Below are positions 10,568 through 21,582 of a stretch of DNA of 32,000 nucleotides, one piece after another. Position 1 is the first letter of the stretch. The number at the start of each line of letters is the position of its first letter. Source of the DNA: Candidatus Saccharimonadota bacterium (GTDB lineage: Bacteria > Pseudomonadota > Alphaproteobacteria > Rickettsiales > Anaplasmataceae); NCBI RefSeq assembly GCF_013365495.1, contig NZ_CP046580.1, positions 570,001 to 602,000 of the forward strand, read 5' to 3'. The translations under genes and the position numbers were made by a program. Under the pieces are notes generated by a model. That model searched no databases and was not told the DNA's origin. It saw only the letters and a list, made by a program, of their open reading frames with translations.

Positions 10568-11399
10568 TTGTTACTATCTCCTTTCTATCTTCTTTATAAA
10601 CTTTACTATACTCCTTTTGAGTTTGTGCAACACCATCATCTCCCTTTTCTTGAATAAATTCATTACCCTTTATATCACCAACCTTAACCCCAGATTTCAT
10701 CAAACTAGATTCTATTCCAGCCAATATACAGTCAGCAGCTAACCTACAATATAATTCTACTGATTTTCTTGAATCATCATTTCCTGGTATAGGATAAGTA
10801 ATATCATCTGGATTAGAATTCGTGTCAAGTACTGCAACTATTGGAATCTTTAATTTTTCAGCCTCTTTAACTGCAATGTGTTCTTTATTTGTATCAATAA
10901 TAAACACAATATCTGGAATTGCTCCCATTTCCCTAATACCACCTAGTGCCTTATCAAGCTTTTGTCTTTTCTTTTCAAGATTTCCTAATTCCTTTTTTGT
11001 TAAAACGTTATTTTCATCATTCAAAATTTTTTCATATTGAATTAAAGTTTTTATTGAAGAAGAAACAGTACCCCAATTAGTAAGCATGCCACCTAGCCAA
11101 CGATAATTTACGTAATACTGACCACAACGAATTGCTTCACTTGCAATAATATCAAGAGCTTGAAATTTTGTGCCAACAAATAAAACCCTCCCCCCTTGAA
11201 ACGCAACGTCATATAAAGCTTTCATTGCTACCTGTAATAACGGTAATGTTTTCCTTAAATCTATTATATGTATACGATTTTCTTGATGTATTCCATAGAT
11301 ATATGGAGCCATTTTTGCATTCCATCGACTAACTTTATGACCGAAATGTACACCAGATCCAGCCAAATCACGTATAGTGATTTCAGGTAAGTTTACCAT
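10548..11399 (-). CDS. rpsB: 30S ribosomal protein S2
   Basis: 283-aa ORF with [24 protein letters not shown] and [20 protein letters not shown]. Confidence 0.97.
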   Translation of the reverse strand: MVNLPEITIRDLAGSGVHFGHKVSRWNAKMAPYIYGIHQENRIHIIDLRKTLPLLQVAMKALYDVAFQGGRVLFVGTKFQALDIIASEAIRCGQYYVNYRWLGGMLTNWGTVSSSIKTLIQYEKILNDENNVLTKKELGNLEKKRQKLDKALGGIREMGAIPDIVFIIDTNKEHIAVKEAEKLKIPIVAVLDTNSNPDDITYPIPGNDDSRKSVELYCRLAADCILAGIESSLMKSGVKVGDIKGNEFIQEKGDDGVAQTQKEYSKVYKEDRKEIVTNENEFR

Positions 11400-11525
11400 A
11401 TTTTTAATTTTCCTTAAAATAGCTCATCTTCATGAAATAACCCTAGCAGGGCATTATATAAATTATATTTTAGATTAAATTATTTACATGATAATACAAA
11501 AGATACCAAAGTGCAAACAAAAATA

Positions 11526-11553
11526 TTGACAAATAAAGCACAATCATTATACC
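11526..11553 (+). promoter_or_regulatory. Putative sigma-70 type promoter for tRNA-Asp
   Basis: Perfect -35 TTGACA (11526-11531), a 16-nt spacer, then TATACC (11548-11553). This ends 24 nt upstream of the tRNA-Asp 5' end. The -10 matches only 4 of 6 positions, and A/T-rich hexamers are common here. Confidence 0.3.
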
Positions 11554-11577
11554 CTGAATTAAAGCATCAATAAATAT

Positions 11578-11652
11578 GGGGGTGTAGCTTAGTTGGTTTA
11601 GAGCGCATGCCTGTCACGCATGAGGTCGTGAGTTCAAATCTCATCACTCCCG
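11578..11652 (+). tRNA. tRNA-Asp (anticodon GUC)
   Basis: Cloverleaf: acceptor GGGGGTG/CACTCCC, D-arm GCTT-AGTTGGTTTA-GAGC, anticodon stem CATGC/GCATG with loop CTGTCAC, T-arm GTGAG-TTCAAAT-CTCAT, and discriminator G. CCA is not encoded. Confidence 0.93.
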
Positions 11653-11823
11653 CGTAAATTTTTATGCATTCTAAAATTTATTAGATTATTTTCCTGTCAA
11701 ACTTAAACATACAATTAATTGCAAGTTTCATTAATTTAACACAATCTAATAACTCTCATTAACTAATTACAAAGTAAGACAAGTTATACTCAAAAATATC
11801 AAAAATTATATTACTTTTAACCT

Positions 11824-14800
11824 CTAAATATTCTGTACCTGTTGCAATGACCTTACTTCTAACTTACTTTTTTTTAAATATTGAATTGCAAGCACTAGTG
11901 CTCTGCTACCAGAGGCTGTAGTACTACAAACTATATTTTGCAAAATAGCAGTTCTACGAATATCTTTGCTATCAGAAATTGATTTTATACCTTTTGAAGT
12001 ATTAATTAGCAAACTTATTTTTCCATCTCTAAGCATATCAACTATATGAGGCCTACCTTCTCTCACCTTATTCACAACTTTTGCAGCTACACCATTATTA
12101 TTTAAGTATAAAGCTGTACCTTTGGTAGCATATATTTCAAAACCTAGTTCTTTTAACATTAACGCAACTGACAATACATACTCTTTATCATCATCTGTCA
12201 CTGAAATCAGAACTTTACCTTCTGTTGGTAACTTATATCCTGCAGCCATATATGCTTTTGCAAGTGCAGCCTCAAAGGATAAGTCAATTCCCATCACTTC
12301 TCCTGTTGATTTCATCTCAGGACCAAGCAGGGCATCAACTCCCGAAAAACGGGAAAACGGAAAAACAGCAGCTTTGACTGCAAAATAATCAATAGTCTTT
12401 TTTTGTTGGTCTAATTTTTTACCTAAAATAACTTGAGTAGCAAGTTTTGCGATAGGAATATTGATTACCTTAGAAACAAAAGGAACTGTACGACTAGCCC
12501 TTAAATTCACTTCAAGTATATATATATCATCTTCTTGAATAGCAAATTGAATATTTATTAAGCCTTTTACTTTTAACTCAAGAGCTATCCTTTCAGTTTG
12601 AAGTTCAATTTCCTTTATAGTTCTATTACTTAACGTGTTTACTGGTATCAAACAAGTTGAATCACCAGAATGAATTCCAGCCTTCTCAATATGCTCTATC
12701 ACTGCTGCAATAAAAACTTTCTCTCCATCACACACAGCATCAACATCAATCTCAACTGCATTCACTAAAAACTTATCAAGCAACAATGCCCCATATTCAA
12801 AAATACTAGGTTGATTAAGAACATATTCTTCAAAGCTATTAATATCGTACTTAATTGACATAGATTGACCACCTAAAACATAAGACGGCCTAACTATTAA
12901 TGGAAAACCAATCTTCTGTGCATTAGATAATGCTTCTTTCACTGAAAAACAAATGGAATTCCCTGGTTGTTTTAAATTAAGTTGTGAAGCAAGGTTTCTA
13001 AATCTCATGCGATCTTCAGCAAGATCTATAGAATCAAAAGATGTACCTAAAATATTAAAACCTCTTTTACTTAATGTTTTAGCTAATTTTAAAGGTGTCT
13101 GGCCACCCATTTGAACTATAACACCCACTAATATACCATCTTCCTGCTCTTTACTTAATACTTCAAGTACGTCTTCTTCAATTAATGAAGAAAAATACAA
13201 ACGATCAGCAGTATCATAATCGGTTGAAACAGTTTCAGGATTACAATTAATCATTATTGTTTCATATCCCATTTCTTTAGCAGCGGAAACTGCATGCACA
13301 CATGCGTAGTCAAACTCAATACCTTGACCAATACGATTCGGCCCACTACCTAAAATAACAACTTTTTTTCTACTAGAAACGTTTGCTTCACATTCTGCCT
13401 TACTTATAACTTCCCCTCCCTCATAGCATCCATACATATAAGCAGTACAAGATTCAAATTCAGCTGCGCAAGTATCTATGTGTTTATAAACTGGGTTAAT
13501 ATTAAATTTCTTTCTTATTACTTCAACCTGTTCAATCTGATTCAACGTTGTTCTAACACTTAAAATTGGAAGCTGCATCTGAACTCCAGTGTCAGCCAAT
13601 TCAACAATAGAAATAAAATTATTACTCAAATTTGCCAATCTTGCATCTGAAAAACCCATCTTTTTTAGTTCTAATATCTCATGTGCAGCTTTAGGCAAAC
13701 CAGCTTCTTTAATCTTCTGTTCAGCTAAAATAATTTGCTGTATATTCTGTAAAAACCATGGGTCATATTTTGTAATTGAATTGATCTCTTCTATACTTAT
13801 CCCATGACGCATTGCATCAGCAGCAATTAGTAATCTATTTGGTAGCAATTTTGCTAATTGAGATTTGATATAATCAATATCCGTATCTTTAGAAAATACT
13901 TCATCAAATCCTGTAAGACCAATTTCAAGTGAACGAAAAGCTTTTTGTATCGATTCATTAAAAGTACGTCCTATAGACATTACTTCTCCCACTGATTTCA
14001 TGGAAGTTGACAATTCACAATCTGTCTCCTTGAATTTTTCAAATTCAAAACGAGGAATTTTAGTGACAACATAATCAACTACTGGTTCAAATGCAGCAGT
14101 TATAGTTGGTATACAATCGTTGCATATTTCATCAAGAGAATAGCCAATGGCAAGCCTAGTTGCAACTTTTGCTATAGGATAGCCTGTTGCCTTCGAAGCA
14201 AACGCAGAAGAACGAGAAACCCTTGGATTCATCTCAATCACAACAAGACTACCATCTTCTTTAGGATTGACTGCAAATTGAACATTTGCACCGCCAGCAC
14301 TAACATTAATTTCTCTCAGTACTGCTATAGATGCATTTCTCATTTGCTGATATTCCGCGTCACGTAAAGTTAAAGCAGGAGCAACAGCAATACTATCACC
14401 TGTATGAACTCCCATAGGATCAATATTCTCTATTGAACAAACTACTATACAGTTATCCTTACAATCACGAATAATTTCCATTTCATACTCTTTCCAACCG
14501 ATAACAGATTCATCTATCTGAACTTCATTTATCGGTGAAATTTTTATAGCATTTTCTACAATTTTAAAAAATTCTTCCTTATTATATGCTATACCACTTC
14601 CTGTACCACCAAGAGTAAATGATGAACGAATAATTGCAGGTAATCCAATATAATCTAAAGCTTTTTTTATCTGCCCTTGACTCTTTATAATCATACTTTT
14701 AGGATATTTTAACCCTATCCTATCCATAGACTGACGAAATAGCTCTCTATCTTCTGCTTTTTTAATTGCTTCTCTACTTACACCAATTAATTTTACATCA

Positions 14801-15132
14801 TATGTATCTAATATTCCATCATCTGCAAGCTTCATTGCACAATTTAAAGCTGTTTGTCCACCCATCGTTGGTAATATTGCATCTGGTTTTTCCTTAACTA
14901 TAATTTTCTCTACTATCTCAGGTAGTATAGGTTCAATATATGTTACATCAGAAAACTCAGGATCCGTCATTACAGTTGCAGGATTAGAGTTCACTAAAAT
15001 GACTTTATAACCCTCGCTCCTTAATACTTTACAACTTTGAGTTCCCGAGTAGTCAAACTCACACGCCTGACCTATAATTATTGGACCCGCTCCTATGACT
15101 AATATAGATTCTATATCTGTGCACTTTGGCAT
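11824..15132 (-). CDS. carB: Carbamoyl-phosphate synthase large subunit
   Basis: 1102-aa ORF with two ATP-grasp halves ([15 protein letters not shown]... and [13 protein letters not shown]...) and a C-terminal MGS-like allosteric domain. No carA is adjacent. Confidence 0.97.
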   Translation of the reverse strand: MPKCTDIESILVIGAGPIIIGQACEFDYSGTQSCKVLRSEGYKVILVNSNPATVMTDPEFSDVTYIEPILPEIVEKIIVKEKPDAILPTMGGQTALNCAMKLADDGILDTYDVKLIGVSREAIKKAEDRELFRQSMDRIGLKYPKSMIIKSQGQIKKALDYIGLPAIIRSSFTLGGTGSGIAYNKEEFFKIVENAIKISPINEVQIDESVIGWKEYEMEIIRDCKDNCIVVCSIENIDPMGVHTGDSIAVAPALTLRDAEYQQMRNASIAVLREINVSAGGANVQFAVNPKEDGSLVVIEMNPRVSRSSAFASKATGYPIAKVATRLAIGYSLDEICNDCIPTITAAFEPVVDYVVTKIPRFEFEKFKETDCELSTSMKSVGEVMSIGRTFNESIQKAFRSLEIGLTGFDEVFSKDTDIDYIKSQLAKLLPNRLLIAADAMRHGISIEEINSITKYDPWFLQNIQQIILAEQKIKEAGLPKAAHEILELKKMGFSDARLANLSNNFISIVELADTGVQMQLPILSVRTTLNQIEQVEVIRKKFNINPVYKHIDTCAAEFESCTAYMYGCYEGGEVISKAECEANVSSRKKVVILGSGPNRIGQGIEFDYACVHAVSAAKEMGYETIMINCNPETVSTDYDTADRLYFSSLIEEDVLEVLSKEQEDGILVGVIVQMGGQTPLKLAKTLSKRGFNILGTSFDSIDLAEDRMRFRNLASQLNLKQPGNSICFSVKEALSNAQKIGFPLIVRPSYVLGGQSMSIKYDINSFEEYVLNQPSIFEYGALLLDKFLVNAVEIDVDAVCDGEKVFIAAVIEHIEKAGIHSGDSTCLIPVNTLSNRTIKEIELQTERIALELKVKGLINIQFAIQEDDIYILEVNLRASRTVPFVSKVINIPIAKLATQVILGKKLDQQKKTIDYFAVKAAVFPFSRFSGVDALLGPEMKSTGEVMGIDLSFEAALAKAYMAAGYKLPTEGKVLISVTDDDKEYVLSVALMLKELGFEIYATKGTALYLNNNGVAAKVVNKVREGRPHIVDMLRDGKISLLINTSKGIKSISDSKDIRRTAILQNIVCSTTASGSRALVLAIQYLKKSKLEVRSLQQVQNI

Positions 15133-15280
15133 ACTTTGAAAGTAATACTTACTTTAAAAACAATACTACCAATCTTTAATTATATAAATGGAATTTTTTA
15201 TTAACTGTTAGTTCATAAAGATGAAAAATACAAATAATTTATAAAGTTTTAGTTATTAAAAAAAGTAATGCTAATACAAT

Positions 15281-16030
15281 TTATTTAACAAATTTGTTCA
15301 ATGGCAAAATTTCCCCTGATACTTCACAACTTTCAGAGGCCAATTCTACAAACCTATCCGTTAATTTATCATGTAACACTAACTTAAGTACATCTTTTCC
15401 AGGAAAGACTTGCTTGTACATCTCACTATCAGTAACACCTTTTAGATATACAGCATTCACACACAATTTTGTATGCTTTGTTTCAGACGCATATATTCTT
15501 ACCATGATTTCTAGTGCAGCTTTACTTGCAGCATAAGGTATCCAATATGGATAATAAGATGGAAAAATTGTTACTTCTGATGTCACAAATATTACCCTCC
15601 CAGAATTAGATTTTTTTAGTATAGGATCTAAGTTTTTCAGCAAGTACCAATTAGCAGTGAAATTTGTATTCATTACATTCTGTAGCTCTTCAAGCTCACA
15701 ATCATGAACAGGACTTAATTTACCTAAAATCCCAATACATGCAACCAATATATCAAGTGCTCCAGACTCTGACAATTTTAAACTCTCCATCATGTTTGCT
15801 AATATCTTTACATTTTCAAAATCTAAAAGATCTAGCTTAATCAACTTTACAGAACCTTCTTTAAATTCTTCAAGTTTTTCAATTTCACTATATAGGGGCC
15901 TAAGATTATCAACAGACCTTGATACTAAAATTACATATGCACCTTCTCTGACAAATCTTTTTGCAACAGCAGAACCTATCTCACTTGAAGCTCCAGTAAT
16001 TAAAGCTATCTTACCTTCTAATCTACCCAC
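15281..16030 (-). CDS. Short-chain dehydrogenase/reductase (SDR) family oxidoreductase
   Basis: 249-aa ORF with the Rossmann motif TGASSEIGSAVA and the catalytic YAASKAAL (YxxxK). Substrate cannot be assigned from sequence. Confidence 0.85.
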   Translation of the reverse strand: MGRLEGKIALITGASSEIGSAVAKRFVREGAYVILVSRSVDNLRPLYSEIEKLEEFKEGSVKLIKLDLLDFENVKILANMMESLKLSESGALDILVACIGILGKLSPVHDCELEELQNVMNTNFTANWYLLKNLDPILKKSNSGRVIFVTSEVTIFPSYYPYWIPYAASKAALEIMVRIYASETKHTKLCVNAVYLKGVTDSEMYKQVFPGKDVLKLVLHDKLTDRFVELASESCEVSGEILPLNKFVK

Positions 16031-16862
16031 TATTTCTCCTTGAGCTAAACCAATTAAAATATTTTAACTGAAAATTAAACTTTGCTCCATATATAAAAAT
16101 TAAACTCACTACATAAAAAAATAGCAACGATACTACTACACCACCTAAACTTCCATATATTAAATCTAGTTGAACAAAAGAAGCTTTTAAATATTGCTTA
16201 AAAACCAAAGCAGAAATTGTCCAAAGCACAATAGCCATACAAGATCCAGGAAATACATCTAATAGATTTTGCTTTATATTTGGCAACATAAAATATAGCC
16301 AAGAAACTACTATGAAAAGTACAAATTCAATAAGAAGATATTTTATATAACCTAGTCCATGATAGGATAAAACTATTAGCATTGGTACTGATGCAGAGAA
16401 TATTATGGTTAAAGTGATAATAAATGTAATTGCTAAAAACTGCAATATACTAAGTATCCTTCTTAAAACATAAGGAGGAGAAACAGGAACTTTGTAGACC
16501 TTATTTAAGATTGTTCTAAGCCCTTCAACTGTTGACGAAGCAGTCCAAATAGCTCCTACAATTGCCAAAGTCAGTAAGCTATGTGGAGGACCTGATATTA
16601 TCTCTTCAATGCGTGGCATTAAAGATGCCAAAATATCTTGGGGTATATTATCAATTATAAATGACCAACCGATATATTGATCTAAAAAATTCGCAAACGT
16701 CGATGCTAAAGCCATTAAAACTATAAGAAAAGGAAATATCGACAATAAAATCAAAAATGATAAGTATCCTGCATGTTCCATTCCGTCATTATAAATCGTA
16801 TCAATTAGAGCACGGTAAAGACAATAAATGATTCTGTAAAGCTTTTGCAGCAACCTATTCAC
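16023..16862 (-). CDS. YihY/BrkB family inner-membrane protein
   Basis: 279-aa polytopic ORF with the family-typical N-terminal block HAGYLSFLILLSIFPFLIVL and about 6 predicted hydrophobic spans. It has a GTG start, and its stop overlaps the SDR start by 8 nt. Confidence 0.8.
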   Translation of the reverse strand: MNRLLQKLYRIIYCLYRALIDTIYNDGMEHAGYLSFLILLSIFPFLIVLMALASTFANFLDQYIGWSFIIDNIPQDILASLMPRIEEIISGPPHSLLTLAIVGAIWTASSTVEGLRTILNKVYKVPVSPPYVLRRILSILQFLAITFIITLTIIFSASVPMLIVLSYHGLGYIKYLLIEFVLFIVVSWLYFMLPNIKQNLLDVFPGSCMAIVLWTISALVFKQYLKASFVQLDLIYGSLGGVVVSLLFFYVVSLIFIYGAKFNFQLKYFNWFSSRRNSG

Positions 16863-18408
16863 TATATAATATAAACAAATATAAATTAAGACATTTTAAA
16901 AACAAAATAAAATACATTTTTAAGTAAAATAAAGTTTCCAATAATACGCAAATTAATTTAAGATTGTGCCATTTTTATTATGTGATTTTAATATACTTTT
17001 CCCTCTTTAATAAATATCATTATACTGAGCTTCTGATTACTTCTAAGTAATCTCATAAAAGAGTCATAAACATTTAATTTATTAACAATTTTAATTATCA
17101 CCAAAACGCTAAAAGCTACTTTGAACAAAAGTTTATTTTAATTATGATTCTATAAAATTCAGTAAAAATTTAGAGTATCTTCATCAAATAAATAAAATTA
17201 TTTACTTTCTAGTATACCTTTGAAAAGAACTTTACTGCACATGACGAATTACACTTAAATTAAGCAAGCTTTTATATTACATTATTTTTCAAATAACTGT
17301 AAAGTAAATTCTGTATTCATAACTCATCTTCTATGTAACGATTTTAATTTTATACCAGTAATACTTTAATACCAAAGTAAAAGTAAAATGATTAAACTTA
17401 AAAAATTAATAACAAAACTTTCTTGATTCTAAACAGAGATAACACTCCCACATTTTCTTTAAAATCTAAACTATAAAAATTAATCCCTTCAAATATAATC
17501 TTATTAATAAACTTTAAAGTTTAGCTCTACTCTACAACCTTTTTAAATTTACTTTACCTCAAAGTAAATCAACTACCATACTCAATTAATAAATTTTAAC
17601 TTATAAGTTATTTATTTTTTCACGGTTACCTAAATTTTTCAAAAACTTAGTTCTAATATTTGCAACATATTTCCCCTATAACTAGAGTTAAAGCTTTCAT
17701 ATTTTTCCGAATATTCTCTGCATCAATTAAACAACTTACCAAGTAGTACTAATTTTAATAACACATTTTTTGTAACCAAATCCAATCTATTTCACAAAAA
17801 TAATACTGTATAAACAGCTGTACAGCTTATTCAATAATGTAACTCACCTTTACAAAATACGAATTTAAAGACTCATTGTAAACTAGTATTAAAATCATAT
17901 AAATATATTCAATTTACAAAATAGATAACTTCATTTTAATTCTTGACACTTAATTCAAATTTAAATAAAATAAGTAAATTAGTACATAGTAGCAAAAAAT
18001 TACTGAAGTAAAAATTTGTTCTACAACATACCTTAATGAATACTCACAAAATTTCTTACTAGGTTAGTATTACTAATAAAATAATACTCACTTACAACCA
18101 TAATAAATACTAAATAGATTAGATTCCAAATAAAAATATAGATTAGGTTTCGCTCTCTTCAATTAATTCTTTAAAACAAGAATGACAATTCCGCTTAATT
18201 TAAGTAAATTTACCTGAATGCAAAAAACTTCATTATTAAAAACATCGCTACTATAATTTTGTTTAATTCACTAAAAAATATCTTAAATTTTCCTGAATTG
18301 AACTCATAGATAAAAATTACCTTTTAAAGTCAAAAATAACCTTAATGCTGTGGCTAAAGAGGCTATTGAAATATTTTGTCAAAAGTAGCTTTATACTTAA
18401 TATATCAT

Positions 18409-20184
18409 TTATTTTTGAATAAACTGCATCTGCATTTTCCATATATTACTTTCTATTTGTTTTACTTGTTTTATCAACTTTTCTTCTAAAAAAAAATCGC
18501 CACTGAGTCTTGCCTTAATCTTTTTTTCTTGCAATATATTTAATTCTTTTAGCAAAACTATATTATTCCACACAATTTCTGCTGATTTTCTTTCATTTAA
18601 TTGGCTATTTAATATATTAGTTTTTTTTAACACTAACTTTACAGCTTCAGCATCACTGAATCGCTCAAAATTTTGCAACAAAATTTCTTTACTAAGTTTA
18701 TTTCCACTATTTACAATATTAATTACATGCTTTTGTAAGCTTTTCATTTTTATATCATTGAATTCAAAATGAGAAAACTGCTCAAAAAATATAGGATAGT
18801 GTAAAATTTTAGGAAATTCTATTACTATACGTAAAATTATGGCCTGATTTTGTTCTGCCTCAATTAGTTCTGGAGATTTATTATAAAGATATTCACTTCT
18901 TATTGTTCTAATTTTACTATTAAAAATTTGTTTTTTAAAGCTTTTTCTTAATTCATTAGCCTTAGTATAAAAATAATCTCTATAATATCTCCGAATACTA
19001 CTATTACCGATGGTATTGATATATTTCATAAACTTGTGCTCAAGAATTGAATATTTTTCTGGAGAAAGCTTTTCATAACTTTGTAAATTACTACCGTTAA
19101 CTATATAACGCCATAAATATTCAGAGTGTAGTTCTGTTGAATGATCAAGCACAAAAAGTACATTTTCTTTTTTGAACTTTAATTCATTACATATGTCATA
19201 TGGATCTCTATTGTTTGATAAATTTATAAACTTTAATGTATATCCAGGCCTAAGTATTGGCAAAATAAATTCTGCAATTCTAATTGCAGCACTACATCCA
19301 GCATCATCTCCATCCATACAGATAGAAATTTCCTTAGCAAATCTCCATAGATTCTTTATTTGCTCTATAGAAATTGCAGTACCAAGGGTGGCAATTACAT
19401 TGTTAATTCCTGCTTGATGAAATGCTATCACATCAAAATATCCTTCTACAATAAACACTTGTTGTTTTCTAAGTATTTCGCTTAAAGCAAAGTTCAATCC
19501 ATATAGATTTTCTCTTTTCCTAAAAAGCCGATTCTCTGGACTATTCAAATATTTTGGCTGCTGTTTAGAACTTAATGCACGTCCACCAAAACCGATTACT
19601 TGACCAAAGATGTTATATATAGGAAATATCAGTCGGTTACGAAAATAATCGCAAAAATTTTTATTTATTAACCCAACATCAATCAAAATTTCATCTTCAA
19701 TCCCCAAAAAGTTCAAATATTCTTTTAAACCAGAGCTTGGTGCATAACCTATTTTAAACTTATTTATGATTTTAGGTAAAATTTTACGCTGTTTTAGATG
19801 AGATATTACTTCATGATTTTTCTGTACAAACCAATTTGTAGCTAAATTCAGTGCTGAAGATCGCTTTCTATTTTTCTCAGATTTAGTAGTATTAAGATCT
19901 CTAGGCAACTCAATACCTGTAACTAATGCCAGCTTTTTCAATACTTCTTTAAAATTCAAGCTTTCAGTTCGTATAATAAACTCAAACACATCACCATAAG
20001 CTAAACAACCAAAACAGTAATATAACCCTTTAATGTCATTCACAAAAAAAGATGGAGTTTTTTCATTGTGAAACGGGCAAAGCCCAACAAAACTATCTCC
20101 CCTCTTCACTAACTTAACTTTTTTACTTACTATATTAGATAATAACAACCGTGACTTTATAGTATTTATACAATCCCATTCCAT
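18409..20184 (-). CDS. dnaG: DNA primase
   Basis: 591-aa ORF with a CHC2 zinc finger (CPFHNEKTPSF...CFGC) and Toprim motifs (VEGYFDV, DGDDAG). Confidence 0.95.
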   Translation of the reverse strand: MEWDCINTIKSRLLLSNIVSKKVKLVKRGDSFVGLCPFHNEKTPSFFVNDIKGLYYCFGCLAYGDVFEFIIRTESLNFKEVLKKLALVTGIELPRDLNTTKSEKNRKRSSALNLATNWFVQKNHEVISHLKQRKILPKIINKFKIGYAPSSGLKEYLNFLGIEDEILIDVGLINKNFCDYFRNRLIFPIYNIFGQVIGFGGRALSSKQQPKYLNSPENRLFRKRENLYGLNFALSEILRKQQVFIVEGYFDVIAFHQAGINNVIATLGTAISIEQIKNLWRFAKEISICMDGDDAGCSAAIRIAEFILPILRPGYTLKFINLSNNRDPYDICNELKFKKENVLFVLDHSTELHSEYLWRYIVNGSNLQSYEKLSPEKYSILEHKFMKYINTIGNSSIRRYYRDYFYTKANELRKSFKKQIFNSKIRTIRSEYLYNKSPELIEAEQNQAIILRIVIEFPKILHYPIFFEQFSHFEFNDIKMKSLQKHVINIVNSGNKLSKEILLQNFERFSDAEAVKLVLKKTNILNSQLNERKSAEIVWNNIVLLKELNILQEKKIKARLSGDFFLEEKLIKQVKQIESNIWKMQMQFIQK

Positions 20185-20363
20185 TAAAAAATCAGTAATA
20201 AAACCCAGTAGAAAAATTTTTAAATTATATATACCATGCTATAAAAAACCATTTTAAATTTTAAAATTAATATTTTCTTGAAAGATCATGTACCTAGATG
20301 ACTTGACAAAAAAAATAAAACAAATTACTCATAATATAATGCTTTTAAGTCATAATTTCTTAT

Positions 20364-21530
20364 ATGTCAGATGTAATATCAATTGCCTCAGATCATGCTG
20401 GCTATGAACTAAAATCAGAGATTAAGCTTTATTTAAAAACTCTAGATTATACAGTAATAGATTGTGGTTGTACTACTGGAGAAGAAAGTGTAGATTATCC
20501 AGATTATGCTATTAAAGTTGTAGAAGATATAATAAATAAAAAAGCAAATTATGGAATATTAATCTGCGGTACAGGTTTGGGTATGAGCACAGTAGCAAAT
20601 CGTTTTGAAGGAATCTATGCTGCCTTATGTGATAGTGTTGAAATTACAAAATTGGCTCGTGAACATGGTAATGCAAATGTGCTATGCCTTGGTGCAGGAT
20701 TTACTACCAATGAGTTAGCAAAGAATATAGTTAAACAATTCCTTGAAACAAAATTTTCAAAAGAAAGTAGACACAAAAAACGTCTTGATAAGCTTAGTAG
20801 TATTAATAAGAAACAAAGCACAAAAACTTATAGTAATGATGAAATGTCAAATTTTGCTGAAATAACAGATGAGTGGTGGAATGAGAATGGTAAATTCAAA
20901 CCACTACATATGATGAACCCCGTGAGGGTATCTTATATCATCGAAAATATAAAAGAGTTAAAAAAATGTGACTTAAGTGAAATATCACTCCTTGATGTTG
21001 GTTGTGGTGGTGGCATTTTGTCAGAATCGATAGCACGTGTTGGTATTAACGTTATGGGAATAGATGTATGCGAAAAAAACATAAAAGCAGCACGACTACA
21101 TGCAAAAAAAGTAGGATCAAATATAGAATACACACATACCAGCATTGAAGAGTTAAGTAATAATAAAAAATATGATGTAGTTTTGCTTATGGAAATCGTT
21201 GAACATGTAGATAATTTAGAGCTTTTCATGAAAAAAGCGATAGAGTTATTAAAACCAGAAGGACTGATATTCATATCTACAATAAATAGGACTATTAAAT
21301 CTTTCTGTTTTGCAATAATCGGTGCAGAGTATATATTAAACTGGCTACCAAAAGGTACGCATAATTGGAATAAATTTCTCAAACCATCAGAAATTGCAAA
21401 TCATCTGAGGGAAAATAATATAACACTACAAAACATGGCTGGTATAGAGTATAACATGATAAAGCGTGAGTGGAATTTAACTCAAAATGTTGGTGTCAAT
21501 TATATATTATGTGGCTCAGCAAGCAGTTAG
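20364..21530 (+). CDS. rpiB-ubiG: Single ORF fusing ribose-5-phosphate isomerase B (aa 1-~148) to ubiquinone biosynthesis O-methyltransferase UbiG (aa ~155-388)
   Basis: The N-terminal half matches RpiB (SDHAGYELK, GILICGTGLGMS with the catalytic Cys, REHGNANVL, SRHKKRLDKL). The C-terminal half matches UbiG from its very N-terminus (FAEITDEWWNENGKFKPLHMMNP, SAM motif LLDVGCGGGILSE, LLMEIVEHV). No stop codon separates them. An internal ATG at 20844 could also start a stand-alone UbiG. Confidence 0.9.
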   Translation: MSDVISIASDHAGYELKSEIKLYLKTLDYTVIDCGCTTGEESVDYPDYAIKVVEDIINKKANYGILICGTGLGMSTVANRFEGIYAALCDSVEITKLAREHGNANVLCLGAGFTTNELAKNIVKQFLETKFSKESRHKKRLDKLSSINKKQSTKTYSNDEMSNFAEITDEWWNENGKFKPLHMMNPVRVSYIIENIKELKKCDLSEISLLDVGCGGGILSESIARVGINVMGIDVCEKNIKAARLHAKKVGSNIEYTHTSIEELSNNKKYDVVLLMEIVEHVDNLELFMKKAIELLKPEGLIFISTINRTIKSFCFAIIGAEYILNWLPKGTHNWNKFLKPSEIANHLRENNITLQNMAGIEYNMIKREWNLTQNVGVNYILCGSASS

Positions 21531-21582
21531 TTTATTGATTTTTATCTCAATGTAAATAAAATTATATTTTAAATATTCATTA

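Noticed and set aside
20303-20308. A perfect TTGACA hexamer in the dnaG/rpiB-ubiG divergent spacer, considered as a possible rpiB promoter. I also noted CTTGAAA at 20277-20283 as a possible sigma-32 -35 box.
   Set aside because: No acceptable -10 lies at 16-18 nt from TTGACA; the nearest TATAAT (20335-20340) is 26 nt away. The CTTG...CCTAGAT spacing is about 12 nt, far from the 17-18 nt required.
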